Source: Chiloscyllium plagiosum (taxonomy: Eukaryota). From it: a stretch of DNA of 64,000 nt. The notes beneath the pieces were generated by a model. The model had not been told where the DNA came from, did no database searches, and saw only the letters and a list, made by a program, of their open reading frames with translations. The position numbers were made by a program, and so were the translations under genes. Positions 25,961 to 40,445 of this stretch are shown piece after piece (position 1 is the stretch's first letter; the number at the start of each line of letters is the position of its first letter). The stretch spans positions 1,589,167 to 1,653,166 of the forward strand of contig NC_057751.1 of assembly GCF_004010195.1 (NCBI RefSeq). Direction: 5' to 3'.

Positions 25961-27769
25961 ACTGGTTTGTTTTTGTATTCACGATTGGAGATAACAGCTA
26001 ACTTCTGCGCAAGCTCCCACAAACAGCTATGTGAGAAAGATCACATGAGATCATTTGCTTTGGCCTGGATGTTGTAGACAGGAAATTTGCATTGAGGTCA
26101 CACTCAAGCACATGATCTCGGTTCACAGACCAGTGCAGTGCTAAGCACTGGGTGCTGCAGTTCTGGGAACACTATTTTTCAGTTTCAATATTAAAGGAGG
26201 CTCCAAATGACTTCTCAGGTGGACATACAGATCATGTTATCAGAGCTGAAGAGCAAAAGGCAAGTGTCCTGATCAACAGTGCTCCATCAAAGACTGCCTT
26301 ACCTTTGCTTCAACTTCACAGATCTTGTTGTGTTAACTGCCTTGAGTACTCAGTCATGGAGCCAACTCTATTGGAAGTTTAAGTCTTTGGAAGATCCTGA
26401 AGTTTGGAAAACTCAACAGATGTCTCTAGGTTCAACTGTGCACCACATGGGGATATTGGTGCTCCTGAGATTTGGTTCAGAGCTGCCTGGAGTACTGACT
26501 TTTAATGTGTGCTCTTACAGAACTGATATTAACAATGAGGCCACACGCTCCAAGTACTCAGGGAGTGTCACAATTTGATAAGCAACTTGTGCCACGGTCC
26601 ACTCGCTGCAAGCTACACCCAGGAGGGCGAACACAACTGAACCATTTACAATTCTCATTTAGTACAGCTGCATCACAACAAAGGACATGGAGGTGAGAGC
26701 GAAGGACAGTCCCTGTGTAGGCAACATGGAAGGAAAACTCCAATTCCACACTCAGCGTGAATGAAAGCTTTCACATTTGAAAGCTCCATCTCCTCCCTCT
26801 GAATGGGCTAAAGATCAAGTGTTTGACTCTGGTTGATCTTACAATTCAACAAAGAACAGAAGTACAGCCCTTCAGCCCTCCATGCCTGTGGTCATCATCA
26901 AACCCGAACAAAACTCAAGAACAAACCTTCTGCCCTTTTTCACTCCATATCCCTCTATTCCTTCCCTATTCATGGAACCATCCAGAGGCCTCTTCGAGCA
27001 GTGTGTTCCAGGCTCCTACCACTCTCTGCATGAAAAACTCACAGACAGTTTCCCCCGCTGACCTTAAAGCTGTGCGCCTTTGGAATTGAAACTTCAATCC
27101 TGGGGAAAAGTCTCTGATGATTCACCTGATCTATGCCTCTCAGAGTTTTGCAGACCTCTAATAGGTCAAGGAGTCAGAGAGATTTACAGCATGGAAACAG
27201 ACCCTTCAGTCCAACCCATCCATGCTGACCAGATATCCCAACCCAATCTAGTCCCATTTGCCAGCACTTGGCCCATATCCCTCTAAGCCCTTCCTATTCA
27301 TATACACATCCAGATGCCTTTTAAATGTTGCAATTGAACCAGCCTCCACCACTTCCTCTGGCAGCTCATTCCATACACGTACCACCCTCTGTGTGAAAAC
27401 ATTGTCTCTGAGGTCCCTTTATATCTTTCCCTTCTCACCCAAAACCTATGCTCTCTAGTTCTGGACTCCCCCCACCCCAGGGAGAAGACTTTGCCTATTT
27501 ATCCTATCCATGCTCCTCATAATTTTGTAAACCTCTATGAGGCCACCCCTCAGCCTCCGACGCTCCAGGGAGAACAGCCCCAGGCTGTTCAGCCCCTCCC
27601 AATAGCTCAAATCCTCCAACCCTGGCAACATCCTTGGAAATCTTTTCTGAACCCTTTCAAGTTTCACAACATCTTTCCGATAGGAAGGAGACCAGAATTG
27701 CACGCAATATTCCAACAGTGGCCTAACCAATGTCCTGTACAGCCGCAACATGACCTCCCAACTCCTGTA

Positions 27770-27893
27770 GGAGAAAGTGAGGTCTGCAGATGCTGGAGAT
27801 CAGAGCTGGAAATGTGTTGCTGGAAAAGCGCAGCAGGTCAGGCAGCCTGGATGCTGCCTGACCTGCTGCGCTTTTCCAGCAACACATTTCCAG
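27770..27893. mobile_element. PLE-derived fold-back mini-insert
   Basis: Perfect 44-bp inverted arms (27803-27846 / 27853-27896); 15-bp duplication CTCCCAAC(T/C)CCTGTA (27755-27769, 27894-27908). Confidence 0.85.
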
Positions 27894-29218
27894 CTCCCAA
27901 CCCCTGTACCCAATACTCTGACCAATAAAGGAAAGCATACCAAATGCCTTCTTCACTATCCTATCTACCTGCGACTCCATTTGCAAGGAGATATGAACCT
28001 GCACTCCAAGTTCTCTTTGTTCAGCAACACGCCCTAGGACTGTACCATAAAGTGTATACGTCCTGCTAAGATTTGCTTTCTCAAAATGCAGCACCTCGCA
28101 TTTATCTGAATTAAACTTCATCTGTCACTTCTCAGCCCATTGGCCCATCTGGTAATCTGGGGTAATCCTCTTCGCTGTCCACTACACCTCCAATTTTGGT
28201 GTCATCTGCAAACTTACTAACTGTTTACTAACTGTACCTCTTACGCTCACGTTCAAATCAGTTATATAAATGCCGCAAAGAAGAGGACCCAGCACCGATC
28301 CATGTGGCACTCCACTGGGCACAGGCCTCCAGTCTGAAAAACAACCCTCCATCACTACCCTCTGTCTTCTACCTTTGAACCAGTTCTGTATGCAAATGGC
28401 TAGTTCTCCCTATATTCCATGAGATCTAACCTTGCTCACCAGTCACCCATGGGGAACCTTGTCGAACGTCTTACTGAAGTCCATATAGATCACATCTACC
28501 ACTCTGCCCATCAATCCTCTTTGTTACGTTTTCAAAAAACTCAATCAAGTTTGTGAGACATGATTTCCCATGCACAAAGCCATGCTGACAATCCCCAATT
28601 ACTCCTTGCCTTTCGAAATACGCATAAATCTTGTCCCTCAGGGTTCCCTCCAACAACTTGGCCACTACCGATGTCAGGCTCATCAGCCTGGCTTGTCTTT
28701 AACACCTTCATTAAATAGTTGTACCACGTTAGCCACCCTCCAGTCTTCCGGCACCTCATCTGTGACTATCGATGATACAAATATCTCAGTGAGGGGCGCA
28801 GTAATCACTTCCCTAGCATCCCAGAGTTCTAGGGTACCCTTGATCATGTCCTGGGGATTTATCCACCTTTATGCATTTCAAGACCTCCAGCACTTCTTCC
28901 TCTGTAATATGGACATCTTTTAAGATGTTATCATCTGTTTCCCCACATTCTACATCTTCCATGTCCTTCTCTACTGTAAACACTGATGCAAACTACTCAT
29001 TTAATATCGCCCCCACCTCCTGCAGCTCCACACATAGGAGGCCTTTAAGGGGCCCTATTCTCTCCCGAGTTACCCTTTTGTCCTTAATATATTTGTAAAA
29101 ACCCTTTGGATTTTCCTTAACTCTATTTGCCAAAGCAATCTCATGTCCCCGTTTTGCCCTCCTGATTTCCCTCTTAAGTGTACTCCTACTTCCTTTATAC
29201 TCTTCTAAGGATTCACTC

Positions 29219-29317
29219 TTCAGATTACTGAAGAAGGGCTCATGCCCGAAACGTCGATTCTCCTGCTCCTTGGATGCTGCCTGATCTGCTGCGCTTTTCC
29301 AGCAACACATTTTCAGC
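29219..29317 (+). mobile_element. About 100-bp PLE-derived insert carrying an intact hammerhead core (29228-29255)
   Basis: CTGAAGA-A-GGGC tcat GCCC-GAAA-CGTC; 7-bp duplication TTCACTC (29212-29218, 29318-29324). The uninterrupted site is seen in the sister CR1 at about 35530-35550. Confidence 0.85.
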
Positions 29318-31644
29318 TTCACTCGATCTATCCTGTCTATATCTGACATATGCTTCCTTCTTTTTATTAACCAAACCCTCAATTTCTTTAGTCATCCAGC
29401 ATTCCCTATACCTACCAGCCTTGTGCCTTGTACTGTTGCAGAAACACAGTCTCTGGATTCTAGTTATCTCATTCCTGAAGGCTTTCCATTTTCCAGTCGT
29501 CCCTTTACCTGCGAACATCTGCCCCCAATCAGCTTTTGAAAGTTCTTGCCTAATACAGTCAAAATTAGCCATCCTTCAATTTAGAACTTCAACTGTTAGA
29601 TCCAACTATCTATCCTTTTCCATCACTATTTTAAAACTCCGAGAATTATGGTCGCTGGCCCCAAAGTGCTCCCCCACTGACACCTCAGTCATCTGCCCTG
29701 CCATATTTCCCAAGAATAGGTCAGGTTTTGCACCTTCTCCAGTCAGGACATCCACATACTGACTCAGAAAAATTTCTCGTGCACTCTGAGCAAATTCCTC
29801 TCGAGAGGAATAAACCCTTCGAGACTACAGCAGTCCCAGTCTATCTTTGAAAAGTTAAAATCCCCTACCATAACCACCCTATTATTCTTACAGATAACTG
29901 AAATCTCCTGACAAATTTGTTTCTCAATTTCCCACTGACTATTAGGGGGTCTATAATGCAATCACAATAAGGTGATCATCCCTTTCTTATTTCTCAGTTC
30001 CACTCAAATTTCCAGGAATATACTCCCTCAGTACAGCTGTAATGCTGTCAATTATCGAAAATGCCACTCCCCCTCCTCTCTTGCCTCCCTTTCAATTCTT
30101 CCAATATGTATGGGACATTAAGCTGCCAGTCCTGTCCATCCCTGAGCCATGTTTCTGTAATTGCTATATCCCAGTCCCATATTCCTAACCATGCCCTGAG
30201 TTCATTTGCCTTCCCTGTTAGGCCTCTTGCATTGAAATAAATGCAATTTAATTTATCTTGTTCTCTGCTTTGTTCCTGCCTGCCCTGACCGTTTGACTCA
30301 CTTCTGTTCTCAACTGTACTAGTCTCAGATTGATCTCTTTCCTCACTATCTCCCTGGGTGGTGGTGGAGGCAATTATGATAGGGGCATTTCAGGTACTTT
30401 TAGATAAGCACATGAACATGCGAGGAATTCAGGGATATGGACGAAGGGCAGGCAGAAAGGATGACTGCCATTTGGTGCCACGTTCGGCACAAAATCATGG
30501 GTCACAGGGACCGTTCCTCTGCTGTACTGTTCTATATTCATTTCAAATGGGAATTGAATAAAAACTTGAAGGAAAGACCAACAACAGATCCAATGGGAAG
30601 AAGCAGAGAAGCGCAGGTGACACAAGAAACTGATCATCTTCTTCCAGTGCTAAGTCACTCCCTAAACTTGGCATTGTGGAAGGAAGTTGAGATCCTCACG
30701 ACTGGTATTTGCAGCAAACCTGAACATCAGCACTGTGACGGAAAGCCAAACTCCGTGCATTCCAATAAATTATCCAAACCAATTCACAGGTACATTCAAC
30801 CAAACTGGTTTCTGAACCCAGAAGGTAATGGTTGAACAGTGACCACAGTTTTGGGTCAAAGATTGAGGCTTCTGGAAAGAGAGTGCAACAGCATGCGATG
30901 CAGAAGGAAACTTCAGCGTGACAGCCAAGGAAGCTGATGAAGAGCCACAATAGTGGAGCAAGTTAAACCAGTGAGACACAAGAGGCCAAAAGCACAAAAA
31001 CTGAAGAAACAGGACAGGCTGAAAATTGAAAACAAGGATGAGAATTTAAACACTCATAAAAGGAACTACTTAACTGCACAGAACCGTTTCACTTGTTGTT
31101 TTGTGCAATGGGCCTAAGAATGTGGAGTGATGATGGTGTAACAGGGGTTAAAGGATATCCATTCCAACAGTTAAATAATATCACATGGTTCATCTTTCAC
31201 TGATGAAAGAGATGCTGACAGAGATTACGAGCAAATGTACTGTACTGTCGGAAACAACATGGCAATATAATCAAAGTCGCATCAAGATGGACTGTATTGG
31301 TCCAATAGGATCCTCACATGCACCTTCTCAATAAATGCTGACCCTGTCAGCCAAGCCAATATTACCTATGAAAATAAGTTAACATAGTGACATTACTTCA
31401 CAAAAGCTTCAGGTCAGGTTTCATATCAAAGTCTGAAAAAGTTTTGGCAGTTAGTAAACCTTTTTATGTTTGATACTTTCCACAGGTTTGATTGTTTAAT
31501 ACCATCACCTCTGTCAGCCTCGGTCATAAAAGTTCAGAACACATGTCTATTAGCACTGGCTGCTGAGGATCAAGTTGAAGAAAGCACAAAATCTCTGATA
31601 ATTAATTACTCACGAATTAATTCAACAAGGAAGGGACATCTTTG

Positions 31645-31780
31645 CACTGAGGAAGGGTCGCTGGACCCAAAATATAAACTCTGATTTCTCTTCACAGATG
31701 CTGCCAGACCTGCTGAGCTTTTCCAGAAACTTATTTTTGTTTCTGATTTACTGTGTCCAGAGTTCTTTTGGTTTTTACGT
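31645..31780 (+). mobile_element. PLE-derived short element with decayed hammerhead core
   Basis: ctgaggaagggtcgctggacccaaaatataaactctgatttctcttcacagatgctgccagacctgctgag. Confidence 0.7.
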
Positions 31781-32949
31781 CTTCACACTGTCGTTTGGAG
31801 AATTCTCATTTTTTTATTTTCCTATACAAAATAGACAATGGCCCAGTTTCAGCCGCAGAGAATTCTATACACACACACAAGCCCAGATTTTATTTCATAA
31901 ACAAAAGCGATCTCCACTGTGAGTCAACTGTCTCTGTAGCCTGATGAAACTTGCTGTCATGTTACAGGACACAATAGCAGGTTGTGGGACTGTATATGTT
32001 TACAATGGGGAGATAATCTCATTATGTTTTATTGAACAAATAAATACCTCAATGCAGTTTTGTTTAAGTCAACAGAAAGGAAAGCCAGAAAGCTCCGTAA
32101 AATTTCAGTAGTGCCTTGGGCAGTCCAAAAGCTGAGATTGAACAACTGCTTTTAAAATGCAATCACTGCTGTTTAAAGAGTTTGGCAAACAACCAGACAG
32201 TCTCGCTTTAGTGGTGGGGAGTGATGGAGCAACAGACAAGGTGAGCCCACTCCCTTGTGAACACTATCAGGTAGGAAAAGAATTAAGTTTAGGGTTGCTT
32301 AACAATGGCTTAGCTGGCATGACTTTGCCCAGATGAGAACTTGCATAAACAATGAGGTGCTGGAGGCAAGAATAGTGATTTAACAAGGTGAAGAACATCT
32401 ATTGTGTAATACCAGATAGCTTATTCTTTACTGTTGATGCTTGCTCGGAGGGTCCCCCAATCAATACAGATGTTGCCTTATTTGGATTCTGCTCTCTGTC
32501 AGTGTCCCTATATTTCCCTCAGAATCGGCTGTTCAAGAGAAGACACAGAACTCATGCCCTTGTGTACATGGGGGACCACTCTCTCAGGGCTCGGAATAAA
32601 AATGAAGAAGGTGGAACCATACTGTGTTGCTGAGCGTTTGCTTCGACTGACACGGAAACAGGACGACAACCTTCAAGCAGCAAAAGGTTTAATGCTGAAA
32701 CCAAAAGATGTTTTTTGCTGTTAGGACACCACTCCCCTGGTGCTGCAGTGGGGAGCTGATATCATACATAACAAGAAATGCCCTGGACTCAGGCTTCAAC
32801 ACCATTGGGTTTTAACTCTGTTCACTCAATCAGCCAGGATGACACTTTTTAGTAAACTTTACACAATTGGTCAGACACATTGAGACATGACAAGGGCAGG
32901 TGGGACTTGAACCTGGGCCTCGTGGCTCCGAAGTAGGGAGACCACCACT

Positions 32950-33440
32950 GCAGCAGATGATCCATTTGACATAAGGCCAAAGTGTAGCCAGATGATATTA
33001 CAGGGAATGGAAGGTGTGAGTGAGAAAGAAAGGCTGGATAAGCTGGGACTTCTTTCACTGGACAATAGGAGTGGAGAAGTGGCTCTCTAGAAGTTTATAA
33101 AATCATGAGGGGTACAGATAGGGTGAATGAATGTTGTCTTTACTCCAGGATGGGAGATTTCTAGAGTAACAGGCACACTTTTAAGGTAAGAGGACAGAGA
33201 TTTTTAAAAAATGAAGAGCCTTTTTTTTGCACAGAGGGTGACTCCTGTGTGGAAAGAACTTCCTGTGGAAGTGATGCATGTTGGTGCAATGTTTAAAAAA
33301 CATTTGGGTAAGTACATGAATGAGAAATGTTTGCAGGGATATGGGCCAAATGCAGGCAGGCGAGACTAGTTCAGTTCAGGATTAAGGTCGGCACAGACTG
33401 GTTGGACTGAAAAGTCTGCTTCGCTGCTGTATGACTGTGT
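32950..33440 (+). mobile_element. CR1/HER1-type LINE 3' end
   Basis: aggctggataagctgggact...gaagtttataaaatcatgagggg...gggatatgggccaaatgcaggca. Confidence 0.8.
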
Positions 33441-34059
33441 GATGTTGCGCATCAAACATCTTCTTCTCAACATCATTTTCTGTGACCTCTGGGAAAGTCT
33501 GAATAAGCTCAATTTATAGTTGTCACAGGAGGGTCAGGGGAGGGTGGGGGGGTGGTGGTGGTGGGGGGAGTCTCATAGTGGAAGCCCCACCTGCTCCACA
33601 GCTTCGTGATATTCCCGGATTATTTCTATTCATTCTTATCAATGGGATTCACCCTCCCCTTTGCTGATTGACAGCTATCAAACCAACAAGGCTAACAAGC
33701 AACCACTTCATTTAATTGAACATATTAGTACAACCATAACAAACCGATGAAAAAGACAATAGCTTTCTTGTGGTGCACTATGACAACAGCACACAAAAGC
33801 TTGGAATGTTTTCTGCCTGGCTGGGCTGCAGCATATTCTGACTGAGCCCAAGTGCACAATGCCATTTCTGTGGATCCTGTGCCAAAAGAAACACATTGCA
33901 GGCAATCCCTAACAAACACTGATACACCCCTCTTCAACTTATTGTCACAGATTGAACGGTTGGTGCCCATGCATCAGCCATACTTGGAAATGCTCAACTG
34001 GAGATGTTCTTCAAATGTAATGACAATAACAAGACGCAATGAGTGAGAAAACACCAAGG

Positions 34060-34385
34060 GGCACCTCAGTGGTTAGCACTGCTGTCCCACAGAGCCAGAG
34101 ACCAGGTTCGATTCCACCTCGGGTGACTGCCTGAGTAGAGATTGCGCATCGTCCCAACGTCTGCGTGGGTTTCCTCAGGGTGCTCCAGTTTCCTCCCACA
34201 TTCCAAAGATGTGCAGATTATGTGAACTGGCCATGCTAAATTGCCCACAGGGATGTGTAGGTTTGGTGTATTAGTCAGGAGTAAATATAGAGTAGGTGAA
34301 TGGGTCTGGGTGAGTTACTCTTTGGAGGGTGGGTGTGGACTGGTTGGGCCGGAGGGCCTGTTTCCACACTGCAGGGATTCTAATT
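34060..34385 (+). mobile_element. HE1-type SINE
   Basis: ctcagtggttagcactgctg...ggttcgattcc...gtctgcgtgggtttcc...gggcctgtttccacactgcagggattct. Confidence 0.88.
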
Positions 34386-34764
34386 CCTGCTGACGCTGCA
34401 AGCCTTATGACAACAACAGAACTTGGGGATCATTCTGCTATTGCCAATCAAAAGTCCTCAACTCATCTTGTTCCTTTACTTGCCCCAGCTGCATCTCCAC
34501 TTGCCATGCCTCACCATCCCTCACGTTGGAAAACCCCTCAGGAGGTCCATTCTAGCACAGAGCTCACTTTTTGACATCATCCATTTCGCTTGCCTCTGCA
34601 CTTATATCACATCAAGTCAGACCAAAATTTTTCCCAATTCTCAAGGTCTAATTTCCTCTCCACAGGTGCTTTATTGTGCATCTGTTCATATCTCGGCAAA
34701 TTCACAAAACTGAACTCAGTGCTCCAAGGCTGTGACGACACAGAAATAAATTCTACAGCAAGAA

Positions 34765-37195
34765 TAGAAAGGGGAGGCAAGAAAGGAGGAGGGGTGGCAA
34801 TTTTGATAAGAGATAGTATTACTGCTGTACTTAGGGAGGATATTCCTGGGAATACATCCAGGCAAGTTATTTGGATGGAACTGAGAAATAAGAAAGGGAA
34901 GATCATCTGATTGGGATTGTATCATAGACTCCCCCAACAATCAGTAAGAAATTTAGAAACAAATTTCTAAGGATATTTCCGTTATCTCTAAGAATGCTTG
35001 GGTGGTAATGGCAGGGGATTTTAACTTTCCAAACAGAGACTGGGACTGCCATAGTGTTAAGAGCTTGGATGGAGAGGAAGTTGTTAATTGTGTACAAGAA
35101 AATTTTCTGAGTGAGTATGTGAATGTATCCATAAGAGAAACTTGACCTACTCTTGGGGAATAAGGCAGGGCAGGTGACTGAGGTGTCAGTGGGGAAGCAC
35201 TTTGGGGTCAGAGACAATAATTCTATTTGTTTTAAAATAGTGATGGAAAAGGATAGACCAGATCGAAAAATTGAAGTTCTAAATGGGAGAAAGGCTAATT
35301 TTGATGGTATTAGGCAAGAACTGTCAAAAGGTGATTGAGGGCAGATGTTCACAGGTAAAGGGACGGCTGGAAAATGGGAAACCTTCAGAAATGAGATAAC
35401 GAGAATCCAGAGACAGTGTGTTTCTGTGACAGTGACAGGCGCAAGGCTGGTAGGTATAGGGAATACTGGATGACTGGAGAAATTGAGGGTTACCTCAACA
35501 AAAAGGAAGCAAATGTCAGGTACATACAGGATAGATTGAGTGAATCTTTAGAAGAGTATAAAGGAAGTAGGAGTATACTTAAGAGGGAAATCAGGAGGGC
35601 AAAACGGGGACATGATATAGCTTTGGCAAATAGAATTAAGGAGAAGCCAAAGGGATTTTATCAATACATTAAGGACAAAAGGGTAACTAGGGAGAGAATA
35701 GGGCCCCTCAAAGATCAGCAAGGCGGCCTTTCTGTGGAGCCGCAAGAGATGGGGGAAAGAGATTAAACAAGTACTAAGCATCAATATTTACTGTGGAGAA
35801 GAACATGGAAGATATAGAATGTCGGAAAATATGTCGGATGGTGACATCTTGAAAAATGTCCATCTTCCAGAGGAGGAAGTGCTGATTGTCTTGATTTTTA
35901 AGTGATTGTCTTGAAATGCATAAAAGTGGATAAATCCCCAGGCCTGATCAGGTGTATTCGAGAGCCCTGTGGGAAGCAATTGCTGGGGCCCTTGCTGAGA
36001 TATTTGTATCATCGATAGTCACAGATGAGGTGGCAGAAGACTGACTAATGTGGTGATACGATTTAAGAAAACTGATAAAGACAAGCCAGGGAACAACAGA
36101 CCAGTGAGCCTGACATAGGTAGTGGGCAGGTTGTTGAAGGGAATCCTGAGTGACATGTATTTGGAAAGGCAAGGACTGATTAGGGATAGTCAGCATGACT
36201 TTGTGCTTGGGAAATCATGTCTCACAAACTTGATTGAGTTTTTTGAAGTAACAAAAGAGGATTGATGAGTGCAGAGTGCTGGATATGATCTACATGGACT
36301 TCAGTAAGCGTTCAACAAGGTTCCCAATGGGAGACTGGTTAGCAAGATTAGATCTCACGGAATACAGGAAGAACTAGCCATTTGGATACAGAACTGGCTT
36401 GAAGGTAGAAGACAGAGGGTGATGATAGAGGGTTGTTTTTCAGACTGGAGGCCTGTGACCAGTGGTGGGTCCACTGCCTTTTGTCATTAATATAAACGAT
36501 TTGGATGTAACCATAGAAGGCATAGTTAGTAGGTTTGCAGATGACACCAAGATTGGAGGTGTAGTGGACAGCGAAGGTCATCTCAGTACAGCGGGACCTA
36601 GATCAGATGGGCCAGTGGGCTGATGAGTGGCAGATGGAGTTTCATTTCGATCAAAGTGAGGTGCTGCACTTTGGAAAGACAAATCAACGCAGGACTTGGA
36701 CACCTAATGGAAATGTCTGAGGGAGTGTTGCTGAACGGAGAGATCTTGGATTGCAGACTGATAGTTGCTTGAAAGTGAAGTCGCAGGTAGATTGGATAGT
36801 GAAGATGACATTTGGTATGTTCGTCTTCATGGTCATTGCATTGTGTACAGGAACTGGAATGTCATGTTGCGGCTGTACAGGACAGTGGTACACGACTTTT
36901 GGAATACTGTGTGCAACTCTGGTCGCCCTCCTACATGAAGAAAGTTGTGAAACTTGAAAGGGTTCACACTGGGTAAACAGACAAGATCCAGAACTAGAGG
37001 GCAGAGGTTTACAGGGAAAGGGGAAAGATTTAAAACAGACCTGAGGTACAACTTTTTCACAGAGGGTGGTACGTGTATGGAATGAGCTGCCAGAGGAAGT
37101 GGCGAGGCTGATACAATGACAACATTTAAAAGTCATCTGGATGGGTATATGAACAGGAAGAGATTAGAGGGATATGGGCCAGAGGCAAATGGGAC
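34765..37195 (+). mobile_element. CR1/HER1-type LINE, decayed EN-RT-3' region
   Basis: GGGVAILIRDSI, GDFNF, KREIRRAKRGHDIALANRIKEKPKGFY, KSCLTNLIEFF, FADDTKIGGVV. Same family as 27173-30357 but opposite orientation. Confidence 0.95.
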
Positions 37196-39469
37196 GTCAG
37201 AATTTAGGACAGCCATCCTCAACAGGTATCATATGGCCCCATTCGGGGACTTGGCACATTTGAAGGGGGCACAGACTAAAAACTGTGAGATTGGGAGCCC
37301 CAAAGGTTTACGGGAACTCTGGTAACTGAACCGATGCCCGGTTCACAAAACTTGTGGAAACGCACCAAGCTCAAGAATTGCATTAGGCCTGACAGGTGTT
37401 TAATGTCATACGGTCTTTTTTTCAAGTTTTATCCAGTATGTCAGAATGTTCAAGTTATCTTGGTATTCAATAAGAAATTATTTTCTGCCTACCTCTTTCA
37501 TGTTGTATCCCTGTTTGAAAGGGGTCCCTGGAACCTGAGAAGAGCTCTAAGGTGGGCTGTGGCCAAAAGACGGTGAAGAATCACACTGTGAATCTCTATG
37601 ACTCTTAATATCCAACAGAAGTGCAATGTGGAAAATTCCAACACCATCAGTTTCTGAAAATAATGGCTGGGATAAAAAAGTTGAAGCAAACTTGATAAGT
37701 GATGCAGCTGTAATGATGCAAGTGTAAGACTGAAGAAATGGCTAGAATCTCATTTTCACTGTCAACAGTCTTGTTCAGTGGTGGAAGTGCACTCTGTTTC
37801 TGCCCTTCAAATGAAATATCAGCAGGGTGCCTTCAAATAGGTTAAATCAGACTTTTGAACTGGGATGTGTGGATCTTTGGGGTTTGGCAAGGATGTTCTG
37901 GAGCAACTGCAAAGCAGCAAAGCAGGATGTGAATGAGCAGCTGTTACACCGTGGCGTGGTGTAGAGTAGGCTGACTGTTTCAGCTCAGAGGGGAGCATCT
38001 AGGTAGGAGCCCGAAACACAACACACAAATTTCTCCAGGTCCACCCACCATTACAAAGTCTATGCTGAACACCTGGAACTTTACATTTGTTTAAGACAAG
38101 ACAGATTTTTACAAACCGTTTCCAACTTCAACTAAAAGATGGGGTGCCAAAAGGCAAATTCACCCAGGTGTTAAAAAACACACAAAGATTATCAATGAAC
38201 TGTGGATGGTGACAAATGAATCAAAAACATTTGAGTGTTGGAGAAGCTCAGCAGGTCTGGCAGCAAATGCAGAATAGAAATCAGAGACAAGGTTTCAAAT
38301 TTCGGCTTCTTCAAAACAAGAGGGCCACTCGATTCAAAAGACTAAGTCTGCTTCTCTCTAGACAGAGGTTGCCAAACCTACTGAATGTCTGCTTTTACAT
38401 CATACAGAGAATCCATGATTTCTTGCCTATTTCAAAAACAGGTTCTTCAAACAAAACAATTGTGAATCATTGGCGTAAATGACAGTCAGTGTCTTTGCAA
38501 CCCTGACACCATTCTTCCAAATTTCATACTGCAACATAATTTGGGTGTAAACTGCATTGAAGCTGGTACCCTGATCTTGATAGCCTTTTGGTTTCAGATC
38601 AAAGTCACTGGAAATCAGATGTACTGCTTCAGATGTCAAAGGTTTACAATTACCACGTACTATTCACAACCGCAAGTCCCAAAGTGGTTTCAAGGCAACA
38701 AATTACGTGTACTGGCATCATGCAGATCGAAGAAACTCAACACATGTACGTGGTCAATGCAAGGCTGGTCTCAACAAAAGCAGAGAGCCACTTTGTGCAT
38801 GACAAGAGTTCAGAACGAACAGTGAGATGAGTAATGAAATGCCTCTTCTGCTCTGCATCCAACAATGCTCTGCAAAATCCACTTGAACTACATCTCACTT
38901 TAACATTCCTTGCAAAGACTCTGGTGAAGATCCAATCGAGTGCAGCATTAAATCAACATCCTTTCCTCTGTCACGAACAAGCAGAATTTAACCGAATGCA
39001 CAACAATCTGATCACAATTGCTGCCTGGCTCAGTCACTCACTTCCTCATGTTTGAATCACAAGCTCCCAGGTTCAAGGTAAAACCCAATGCTCCAGCATA
39101 CAGGTGAAGGTTTGCCACTCCACAGTAGTATTTCAAGGCAGGTTGCATCTTTGAAGGTGCCATCTTTTGGATCTCACATCCAGAATCCACAGGAGAAGGT
39201 GTGCTTCTTGGTGTTCTGCCAATATTTCGCCCTCAAACCAACACCACAGATAGTAAAGATAAGCCAGTTGATATCACATTGCTGTTGGGAGGAATTTGCT
39301 CTGCAGGAATTAACTTTTTTGCGACCTCTCTCACAACTGTCATGGCCAGAGTGCATAAAGAAAAACTGGTAAGCCAAATGCTTCTGAGGTCACTTCATTG
39401 AACAGACATTCCAGCTAAAACTGCAAAAAGGAGTTGGAAACAGTCTGTTTCCAGCCAGAAAGTTAGAAC

Positions 39470-40445
39470 TGTTCAGCACAGAAACAGACCCTTCAGTCTA
39501 ACTCATCCATGCTGCCCAGATATCCTAACCTAATCTAGTCCCATTTGCCAGCACTTGGCCCATATCCCTCTAAACCCTTCCTCTTCATATCCCCATCCAG
39601 ATGCCTTTTAACTGTTGCAATTGTACTACCACTTCCTCTGACAGCTCATTTCATACACGCACCACCCTCTGTATGAAAGTTGCCCCTTAGGTCCCTTTTC
39701 TCTCTTTCCCTTCTCATCTAAACCTCCGCCCTCTAGTTCTGGACTCCCCCACCCCAGTGAAAAGACCTTGTCTATTGACCTTATCCATGCCCCAGGTGAT
39801 TCTATAAGCCTCCATAAGATCACCCCTCAGTCTCAGATGCTCCACAGAGAAGAGCCCCAGCCTATTCAACCTCTCCCTTGAGCTCAAATCCTCCAACCCT
39901 GGCAACATCCTTGTAAATCTTTTCTGAACCCTTTCAGGTTTCACAACATCCTTCCTATAGCAGGGAGACCGAAACTGAACACTATTCCATAGGTGACCTC
40001 AATGATGCCCAACGGCTTTACTCAATGCACTGACAGGTGTGCCAAATGCCGCATTCACCACAGTGTGTTCCTGCATCTCTCGGTCTCATGGTTCAACAAC
40101 ACTCCCTTTGATCCTAATAATGTGTGTAAGTTGTGCCCTGATTTGCCTTATCAAAACACAACACCTCACATTCATCGGAACTCCAGCTGCCACTCCTCAC
40201 CTCACTGACCCACCTGATCAAGACTCTGTTGTACTCTGAGCCCACCTTCTTCACTGTCGACGACATCACTAATTTGGTGTCATGTGCAAACTTACTCACC
40301 ATTCCTCCTATGTTTACATCCAAATCATTCATGTAAATAAATGACAAAAAGCAGTGGACCCAGCACCGATCCTTACGGCACGCTGCTGGTCATAGGCTTT
40401 CAGTCTGAAAAACAACCCGTTCCCACCATCTTCTGTCTCCTGTCT
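39470..40445 (-). mobile_element. CR1/HER1-type LINE 3' fragment
   Basis: ERVQKRFTRMLPGLEDLS; NDLDVNIGGMVSKFAHDTKL. Confidence 0.9.

Larger units (their letters stand above)
27173..30357 (-). mobile_element. CR1/HER1-type LINE, near-complete decayed ORF2 (EN+RT) and 3' UTR
   Basis: LNCIYFNARGL (about 30250), YRPPNSQ, GDFNF, CQHGFVHGKSCLTNLIEFF, MKFNSDKCEVLHF, LYRTLVRPLLEYCVQFWSP; frameshifts and stops; two short PLE-derived inserts. Confidence 0.95.
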
